From Candidatus Woesebacteria bacterium RIFCSPLOWO2_01_FULL_44_24b (GTDB lineage: Bacteria > Patescibacteriota > Microgenomatia > UBA8517): 64,000 bases of DNA. Positions 57,575-64,000 of the stretch are shown here, piece after piece. Numbering within the stretch: position 1 is the first letter of the stretch; each line of letters begins with the position of its first letter. Made by a program: the position numbers and the translations under genes. The notes under the pieces are model-generated. The model worked only from the letters and a program-made list of their open reading frames with translations. It did no database searches and was not told where the DNA came from. The stretch lies in contig MGHM01000014.1 of NCBI GenBank assembly GCA_001793235.1, forward strand, positions 3,857-67,856, given 5' to 3'.

Positions 57575-58589
57575 CACACTACCTTTGGTTTCGGGGCATG
57601 CGGCACGGGGAATGGGTGTGTATGTCCGAAACCTCCTAAAGCACTTGAACAAAAAAGTAGACAGTTTCTTGTTTTTGGAAAACATGGATAAGCTTCACGA
57701 TTACGACGTTATCCATTACCCATACTTTGATCTTTTCTATCACACTTTGCCGATTGCGAAACAGGCAAAAACTGTTGTGACCATTCCGGATGTGACACCG
57801 CTTTTGTACCCCAAGTACTATCCACCGGGCTTAAAAGGGAGTATTAATTTCATCTTTCAGAAAATTGCTTTGAGAAATATAAATGCGGTGATTACCATAT
57901 CCGAAACTTCAAAAAAAGATATTGTTCGTTTTCTTAATATTTCAGCCGACAGAGTATTTGTAACCAAGTTGGCAAGTAATTTTAAAATAGTTAAGAAACC
58001 CGAGCAGTTTATATCTAAAGTTAAGTTACGATATAAATTACCAGATGAGTTTGTTTTATATATTGGGGATGTAAATTGGAATAAAAACCTGCTTCGATTG
58101 ATTAAAGCGGTTAAAAAAATAAATAGAACACTTGTGATAGTGGGTAAGAGTGCAGTGAACATAGATTACGATAAAAATCACATTGAAAATGCTCCTTTGC
58201 GGGAGATTCAGGAAAAATATGGGAAAGATAAAGAAGTCATGAGGCTTGGTTTTGTGCCGGACGAAGATTTAAATGCAATTTGGCAATTGGCCACGGTTTA
58301 CTGCATGCCTTCTTTATATGAAGGTTTCGGGCTTTCAGTAGTTGAGGCCATGGATGCGGGAGTGCCCTTGGTGTGCTCAAGAACTCAAGCTCTAGTGGAA
58401 GTTGCAGGTGACGCGGCCGAGTATTTTGATCCGTATTCTGTGGATGATATTGCGAGAAAACTTGCGAAAGTTATTTCAGATAAACAGCTACAAAAGGAAC
58501 TTGTTTTAAAAGGTAAAAGTATGGCAAAAGATTATTCCTGGCAAAAAACCGCAAAACAAACTTTAGAAGTATATGAAAGCTTACGCTAA
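57555..58589 (+). CDS. family-4 glycosyltransferase (GT-B)
   Basis: EGFGLSVVEAMDAGVPLVCSRTQALVEVAGD is the EX7E motif. ATG at 57555, with a 20 nt overlap. Confidence 0.8.
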   Translation: MKKIAVDTLPLVSGHAARGMGVYVRNLLKHLNKKVDSFLFLENMDKLHDYDVIHYPYFDLFYHTLPIAKQAKTVVTIPDVTPLLYPKYYPPGLKGSINFIFQKIALRNINAVITISETSKKDIVRFLNISADRVFVTKLASNFKIVKKPEQFISKVKLRYKLPDEFVLYIGDVNWNKNLLRLIKAVKKINRTLVIVGKSAVNIDYDKNHIENAPLREIQEKYGKDKEVMRLGFVPDEDLNAIWQLATVYCMPSLYEGFGLSVVEAMDAGVPLVCSRTQALVEVAGDAAEYFDPYSVDDIARKLAKVISDKQLQKELVLKGKSMAKDYSWQKTAKQTLEVYESLR

Positions 58590-59814
58590 GAAAGTCATTA
58601 CCAATCCTTTATTTTCCGGCAGCGCCATAATGGTTTTTGGAAGCAATTTGGGAAACTTCTTTGCCTATATTTATCATTTTGTCATCGGGCGGTTACTTTC
58701 TCCCGCAGAATATGGAGAAGTTGGTGCGATATTATCATTCTTAGGATTGTTATCTGTTCTGATCTCTTTCATGGGTCTTGTCATTGTAAAATTTGTATCT
58801 TCCGCAAAAGAGAACGAGCTAGATGGTGTATTTTCCTGGTTTTATAAGGCAAGTGTAAAATTTGCAATCCTTGTTGCAGTGTTAATCATGCTTATGAGCC
58901 CATTAATTTCACAATTTTTACATATAGACATTTTAATCATTGCCTTGATGGGACCTATTTTTTTGATTTCCACTTTAACTTTTATATTAAAATCTTTTCT
59001 GCAGGGGCTGCTACGATTTAAAATTCTGGTTATTTCAACCAATATTCAAATTATTATGAGATTGTTGTCAGGGGCAATGCTGATACTGTTGGGCTTTTCT
59101 GTGTTTGGGGCAATAATGGGTTACCTTTTGGCCGGCCTTATAGACTTCTTTTTTGTAAGGTGGATATTAAAGGAGTTTAGGACTAAGAAAGCAAAAAATT
59201 TGTTCAAAAAAAACCGAGAGGTGTTTCTCTATGCCATCCCCATATTTATTTCGTCGTTCTTTACTTACGCTCTCATTTCTATTGATGTGATTGTAGTTAA
59301 ACACTACTTTTCGGCAGATGATGCAGGAGTCTATATTGTGTTGTCTACCCTAAGTCGCATAGTCTTTTTTGCGGTAGCACCAATTTCCGGTGTGATGTTT
59401 CCCATAATTGCAAAAAGAAAAGCTTCCGGCCTTGCTTATAAGTCTGTCTTTAGACTGAGTGTTTTATTATCTTCCGCAGTGATTGTTGGACTATTAATAA
59501 TTTACAAACTGCTCCCGACTTTGGTTGTTGGCATACTTTATGGACCAGGGCGTTATTCAGAAGCATATCCACTTCTTCCATGGGCAGGGCTTTTTGTCGC
59601 TCTTTTTGCATTGGCATCATTGGTAACAAATTATTGTCTTTCTTTGAATATGACCAAAGTGGTTGTCTTGTTGCCTTTTGCTCTCTTGACCCAGATTATT
59701 GGCTTTGTTTTGTTCCACGAGACGCTAATGAGTATCATACTTGTGTCAATCGTAGCAACCGGGGCCTTACTGCTTACGCTGTTAGGAAGAATTGCTTATG
59801 AGAGGGAAATCTGA
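58573..59814 (+). CDS. oligosaccharide flippase / polysaccharide biosynthesis protein (MOP superfamily, Wzx-like)
   Basis: 413 aa with about 12 TM helices. The N-terminal AKKVITNPLFSGSAIMVFGSNLGNFFAYIYHFVIGRLLSPAEYGEVGAI is characteristic of Wzx/PST proteins. Confidence 0.65.
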   Translation: MKAYAKKVITNPLFSGSAIMVFGSNLGNFFAYIYHFVIGRLLSPAEYGEVGAILSFLGLLSVLISFMGLVIVKFVSSAKENELDGVFSWFYKASVKFAILVAVLIMLMSPLISQFLHIDILIIALMGPIFLISTLTFILKSFLQGLLRFKILVISTNIQIIMRLLSGAMLILLGFSVFGAIMGYLLAGLIDFFFVRWILKEFRTKKAKNLFKKNREVFLYAIPIFISSFFTYALISIDVIVVKHYFSADDAGVYIVLSTLSRIVFFAVAPISGVMFPIIAKRKASGLAYKSVFRLSVLLSSAVIVGLLIIYKLLPTLVVGILYGPGRYSEAYPLLPWAGLFVALFALASLVTNYCLSLNMTKVVVLLPFALLTQIIGFVLFHETLMSIILVSIVATGALLLTLLGRIAYEREI

Positions 59815-60613
59815 GAACATAAAAATTTCTGTAATCATGCCGGCATACAAGACAGAGAAGGTAATCAAAGAGTCATTGCTTCGTGCTAAAGATGTGCTAG
59901 AAGGAATGGGCTATGATTATGAAATAATTTGTGTGGTTGATGGCAGGCTCGACAAAACTTGGGAGGTCGGGAAGAAAATGGCAAAGAAATATTCAAGGAA
60001 AATTAAGGTAGTTGGTTATAAAAACAACTTGGGCAAAGGACATGCGGTTCGCTATGGTATGGCTAGAAGCAGTGGCGATATTGTTGGATTTCTAGATGTT
60101 GGTTTGGATTTAAAAACCGAAAGTCTCAAAATGCTGCTTTCCCACTTTGAATGGTATGAGGCAGATATTATCGTTGGTTCTAAACGCCATCCGGTATCTA
60201 AGGTTACATATCCCTGGCAGAGAAAAATAATGTCTTACGCTTATCAGTTGTTGGTGCGAGTTCTTTTCGGCTTGAAAATAAAAGACACGCAAGTGGGTAT
60301 GAAGTTTTTCAGGAGAGAAGTTTTAGAGCGCACTCTGCCCAGGCTTTTGGTTAAAACCTTTGCGTTTGATGTTGAAATGTTGGCTGTTGCAAATTACCTT
60401 GGTTTTACCAGAATTTACGAAGCCCCAATCGATTTAAAGATGGACTTTAAATCTTCAAGTATTGTATCGAAGGGCTTTGCAAACACAATATTTCTGATGC
60501 TAATGGACACACTAGCCGTCTTTTATAGACTTAGAATACTCGATTATTACAACACTAAAAACAAAAAAAATTGGATTACTTCTGATCATCTGACAATCAA
60601 GAACTCCATATGA
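59798..60613 (+). CDS. GT2 polyprenyl-phosphate hexose synthase (DPM1/GtrB-like)
   Basis: ISVIMPAYKTEKVIKESL...EIICVVDGRLDKT...GFLDVGLDL...IKDTQVGMKFF. ATG at 59798. Confidence 0.75.
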   Translation: MRGKSENIKISVIMPAYKTEKVIKESLLRAKDVLEGMGYDYEIICVVDGRLDKTWEVGKKMAKKYSRKIKVVGYKNNLGKGHAVRYGMARSSGDIVGFLDVGLDLKTESLKMLLSHFEWYEADIIVGSKRHPVSKVTYPWQRKIMSYAYQLLVRVLFGLKIKDTQVGMKFFRREVLERTLPRLLVKTFAFDVEMLAVANYLGFTRIYEAPIDLKMDFKSSSIVSKGFANTIFLMLMDTLAVFYRLRILDYYNTKNKKNWITSDHLTIKNSI

Positions 60614-62547
60614 AGAAGTTGGTAATTGCTGTTTTTACGGCGATTAGCATAGCTCTACTTATAGTAAAAGTTGCTAGCGCTCAAGAAAATAAATTTATAA
60701 CAGTTGTGAATCCTGTGCGTGTTGCGCCTTATACCGCCGCAGTTTCAGAGAATCTTGCCGCACAGTATAAACTCACCGGTGGATTGGGAATCCCAGCAAC
60801 TTGGCTTGTAACCTATGATGTATTGGAAGACGAAAGTGCAGTTAACGTATTATTGAATTTCGACAAGTCCCATGAAATTGGTTTATTTCTTGAAGTTACC
60901 AAGGGACTTGCTGCCGACTCGGGCATATCATACCCGGAAGGTGCATGGCATTTTTCGAACATTGTATTTCTAAGCGGTTATATTCAGGACGAGAGAGTTA
61001 AATTAATAGACACTCTTTTTGAGAAATACTACGAGATTTTTGGCACTTATCCGAAATCAGTAGGCTCATGGTGGACGGATAGTTTCTCACTAAAATATAT
61101 ACATGAGAAATATGGGGTGATAGCAAACTTGACTGTAGCCGACCAGTTTTCAACTGATAGATATCAGGTTTGGGGGCAGTATTGGGCAATGCCATATTAC
61201 CCCTCGAAATTTCATTCTGCGATTCCAGCTTCCAGCACTGAGAATAGGCTTCCGGTAGTTATGCTTCAATGGGCGCCGCGCGACCCGATAAGTGGTTATT
61301 ACAGTAGTCTTTATAGTACACAGGATTATTATACCGGGGAAGTAGATGGGGATATTTCTTATTTTAAAAAGCTAATGTCGCTTTACTTGAACGAGGCTGG
61401 TGAATTCGGCCAAGTGACCATAGGCTTAGAGGGGGATTTAACTCCAGATGTATATAGTGGTCTCTATAAAACGTGGCTCGAAACTGCCAAGGAGTTTGTT
61501 GATAGCGGAGAGACAAGGACTATAACCATGAGTGGTTTCAGTGACTGGTATCGTGCTAATTATCCCATACTATCCCCGGCGCATCTTATTTATGCTAAGG
61601 ATTTGCTTGGTAAAAACAGAGAAATTATTTGGTACCAGAATCCAAAATATAGGGTAGCGATCCTGTCGGATAACAAAGTTAATGAAATAAAAATATTTGA
61701 CCTAAGAATTTATTTGGAGGGCTTTTATGAACCATATTATCACTGGCCAAACAGAAGTTTTGATTTGGCTATCAATGTGCCTTCTGTTTATGATGAAGTG
61801 AGTAATGAGCAAAGTGTGCTGGTACTTAGAAACGACAGTTTTAAAAATATTTCCAGAGAATCAGGCGAAGTAGTAGTTGAGCTGTCGTCCAGAAAAAAAA
61901 TTAATTTACATGATGATAAGCCTGAGATCGTTAATGAAGATGGCTCGGTAGTTCAATTGATTAAACCAGTAAACTTGGACGCTTACAGCTTTCGCGACTT
62001 AACTCCCGAGGCTAGTCATTTAGTAAAATCCAAAAAGTTATTGCTGGGTCTTGTATTAGTTATGATTATAATTGTTTATTTATTGTATAGACTTAGGTCT
62101 AAGAAGATATTGGTATTCATCCTGTCAATAGTCGTTGCCTTGGGTGTTTATTTATACTTTAATAATACGGAAGAATATTTGGTTAGCCAAGCTGAAATGG
62201 ATGTTTTGAGAAAACTAAGCGAAGAGAAAGGAAAAGCGGTGCTTGTGTACGATAAGGAATGCCTTCAATGTGAGTGGTATGGGGATGTAAAACCAGCGGT
62301 TTTTGCAAATAAAAGAAAATATGTGGAAAAGCTCAGCGGGCATAAGGTAGTATTGAATAAGGCCTTTTTTGAAGAAAAGGATCTAGAGAAAGCTAAAAGC
62401 GCATTTACCAAACTTAAAATCGATTACATTTATTTAGTAAGCTACGGATATTATATAGAGAAATTGCCGGTGTCTCCTGGAGATATAAACGTAGAGAAAG
62501 TTTACGCTAACGCTAACGCCGAGCTTTGGAGAGTAAAAAATGATTAA
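60610..62547 (+). CDS. large secreted protein with N-terminal signal peptide and C-terminal TM anchor (possible glycan-processing enzyme)
   Basis: MKKLVIAVFTAISIALLIVKVASA|QEN is signal-peptide-like. About 430 aa are extracytoplasmic and rich in W, Y and D. The hydrophobic helix LLLGLVLVMIIIVYLLY lies near residue 480, followed by a cytoplasmic tail of about 150 aa. ATGA overlap with the DPM1-like GT2 gene. Confidence 0.45.
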   Translation: MKKLVIAVFTAISIALLIVKVASAQENKFITVVNPVRVAPYTAAVSENLAAQYKLTGGLGIPATWLVTYDVLEDESAVNVLLNFDKSHEIGLFLEVTKGLAADSGISYPEGAWHFSNIVFLSGYIQDERVKLIDTLFEKYYEIFGTYPKSVGSWWTDSFSLKYIHEKYGVIANLTVADQFSTDRYQVWGQYWAMPYYPSKFHSAIPASSTENRLPVVMLQWAPRDPISGYYSSLYSTQDYYTGEVDGDISYFKKLMSLYLNEAGEFGQVTIGLEGDLTPDVYSGLYKTWLETAKEFVDSGETRTITMSGFSDWYRANYPILSPAHLIYAKDLLGKNREIIWYQNPKYRVAILSDNKVNEIKIFDLRIYLEGFYEPYYHWPNRSFDLAINVPSVYDEVSNEQSVLVLRNDSFKNISRESGEVVVELSSRKKINLHDDKPEIVNEDGSVVQLIKPVNLDAYSFRDLTPEASHLVKSKKLLLGLVLVMIIIVYLLYRLRSKKILVFILSIVVALGVYLYFNNTEEYLVSQAEMDVLRKLSEEKGKAVLVYDKECLQCEWYGDVKPAVFANKRKYVEKLSGHKVVLNKAFFEEKDLEKAKSAFTKLKIDYIYLVSYGYYIEKLPVSPGDINVEKVYANANAELWRVKND

Positions 62548-63001
62548 TGATTTTTTTCTTGCCTTTACTAACTCAGTTCAGAGTGGTCTATTTCTAGACG
62601 AAATATTGCATGGAGTCGTTACCCTTCCGTTCGTAGCTTTTCTATATTACAAAACCAAATCAATAAAATATTCTCTGATTCCGCTTGCAGTTACATATTT
62701 AATAGATATGGACCATTGGGTAGATTATTTCTTGTTTTATGGAGCAAATCCAAGTCTCGCTCGATTTGTATCCGGAACTTATTTTGAAGTAACCAAGCGA
62801 GCCATTGTTCCCCTGCATGCTTGGGAATGGTTATTAGGAATAATTGCGCTTTCACTGGAGCAAAAAAAATGGCAAAGCATTTATGTTGCCGTGGCGTTGG
62901 GAATGCTGGCTCATTTCTTGTGGGATAGTCACACGATTGGGAATCCGATTTTTTATTCGATCCTTTACCGGATTTACTATGGATTTATAATTATTACATG
63001 A
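62540..63001 (+). CDS. small integral membrane protein (4 TM)
   Basis: 153 aa and hydrophobic. 8 nt overlap with the upstream gene. Confidence 0.35.
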   Translation: MINDFFLAFTNSVQSGLFLDEILHGVVTLPFVAFLYYKTKSIKYSLIPLAVTYLIDMDHWVDYFLFYGANPSLARFVSGTYFEVTKRAIVPLHAWEWLLGIIALSLEQKKWQSIYVAVALGMLAHFLWDSHTIGNPIFYSILYRIYYGFIIIT

Positions 63002-63167
63002 ATATTTTGATCTTGTCCTGGAGGGGACTAGGCCACCCAAATGCAGGTGGGGCAGAGGCTGCAACTTATGAACATGTAAGGGCTTAGATTAGTGCTGGGC
63101 ACAATGTTACTCTTTTTACAGCTTATTTTGAATGCTCAATATGCGTCAGTTTTATAGAAAGTTTCAT

Positions 63168-64000
63168 ATGAAGAGAGATAAAAAGCAAAAAATAGCCTTT
63201 ATAACAGGAGTCACGGGGCAAGACGGCTCATATTTAGCCGAACTTCTTCTTCGCAAAAATTATGAAGTGCACGGAATGGTAAGAAGAAGCAGCACATTTA
63301 ACACCACTAGAATTGATCACCTTTACAAAGACCCGCATAAAAAAGGTGTTAATCTTTTTCTTCATTATGGAGATGTAACAGATTCAAATACTGTTTATAA
63401 GCTTTTGGGGGAAATTAGACCAGATGAAATTTACAATCTTGCGGCGCAGAGCCATGTCCGGGTTAGTTTCGACCTGCCTGAATATACTGTGAACACCGTA
63501 GCTATCGGAACGCTCCGATTACTTGAGGTTATTCGAGATCTGAAATTAGAATCCAGATTTTATCAAGCTTCCAGTAGCGAGATGTTTGGGGACGCTAAGC
63601 CACCTCAAAGTGAATGGACACCCTTTCAGCCAAGAAGTCCTTATGCGGCGGCAAAAGTATTAGCCCATCAGCTGGTTGGTGTTTATAGAGATGCATATGG
63701 AATTTTTGCATGCGGCGGGATACTTTTTAATCATGAGTCTCCGCGGCGAGGCGAGACTTTTTTAACGAGAAAAGTAACTTTGGGAGTTGCTAATATCTTG
63801 GCAAAGAAGCAGGATAAGCTTTATCTTGGAAACATGGATGCAAAGCGCGACTGGGGTTTTGCACCAGAATACGTTCGCGCCATGTGGATGATGATGCAGA
63901 AAAAGAAAGCAGATGATTTTGTGATCGCAACTGGAGAAAGCCACAGCGTTTCCGAATTTGTGGAACTGGCATTTGGTCTAGTGGGGTTAAATTGGAAGAG
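63168..64000 (+). CDS. gmd: GDP-mannose 4,6-dehydratase (3' partial, runs off the window)
   Basis: [21 protein letters not shown] (Rossmann TGxxGQDGSYL), SSSEMFG, and [20 protein letters not shown] (the YxxxK motif, here YAAAK). The [13 protein letters not shown] motif is exactly Gmd-type. No stop before position 64000. Confidence 0.9.
   Translation, partial: MKRDKKQKIAFITGVTGQDGSYLAELLLRKNYEVHGMVRRSSTFNTTRIDHLYKDPHKKGVNLFLHYGDVTDSNTVYKLLGEIRPDEIYNLAAQSHVRVSFDLPEYTVNTVAIGTLRLLEVIRDLKLESRFYQASSSEMFGDAKPPQSEWTPFQPRSPYAAAKVLAHQLVGVYRDAYGIFACGGILFNHESPRRGETFLTRKVTLGVANILAKKQDKLYLGNMDAKRDWGFAPEYVRAMWMMMQKKKADDFVIATGESHSVSEFVELAFGLVGLNWK

Noticed and set aside
63002-63167. 166 nt intergenic region upstream of gmd, checked for tRNA or small RNA
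   Set aside because: It cannot be folded into a convincing cloverleaf. It is probably the gmd promoter or 5' UTR, and AT-rich -10-like hexamers are present. No specific element can be supported.
1-64000. Search for CRISPR arrays, transposases, integrases, rRNA and tRNA
   Set aside because: No direct-repeat/spacer periodicity was seen. There are no DDE or tyrosine-recombinase-like ORFs. There are no rRNA-like conserved stretches. The window appears to be a native chromosomal glycosylation island, not a mobile element, although a composition-based check was not possible without tools.

Overview
This 64 kb window has almost no intergenic space and is nearly all co-directional on the + strand. 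Many genes are joined by ATGA or TAATG stop/start overlaps, which suggests long translationally coupled operons. Gene content divides into five blocks.

1. A surface/pilus block (221-4577). It holds three prepilin-type (class III signal) pseudopilins, one of which carries a PA14 carbohydrate-binding domain. These are followed by a TadG-like vWA (MIDAS) protein and a membrane-anchored CAP/SCP-domain protein.

2. A small pair of unknowns (4855-6554): a DUF458/YkuK-like protein and a protein with an HExxH motif.

3. A complete dTDP-L-rhamnose pathway, rmlABCD (6577-9892).

4. A chito-oligosaccharide-type module (11403-14470): CE4 deacetylase, NodC/IcaA-like processive GT2, and GH18. The tRNA methyltransferase gene trmD lies convergent to it.

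5. About 45 kb of glycosylation genes (15750-64000). This block contains at least 14 polytopic membrane proteins of GT-C type. They fall into three sequence subfamilies; the first is a five-gene tandem array and the third is a tandem triplication. There are also about 12 GT2 enzymes, several of them paired with a GT-C gene as a DPM1/GtrB/ArnC-like polyprenyl-phosphate-sugar synthase. Two GT4 enzymes, two Wzx/MOP flippases and a GT2-GtrA fusion are present. A NUDIX hydrolase, a MazG-like NTPase, three tandem NrnA-like DHH/DHHA1 phosphoesterases and a partial GDP-mannose 4,6-dehydratase gene at the window edge complete the block.

No rRNA, tRNA, CRISPR array, transposase or integrase was recognised. 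The gene content points to a small-genome, possibly CPR/Patescibacteria-like bacterium whose envelope or protein glycosylation relies on lipid-linked sugar donors. That inference rests on the many PMT/ArnT-like GT-C paralogs and the nucleotide-salvage DHH enzymes. All calls are from motif-level reading of the supplied translations; no database search was possible.
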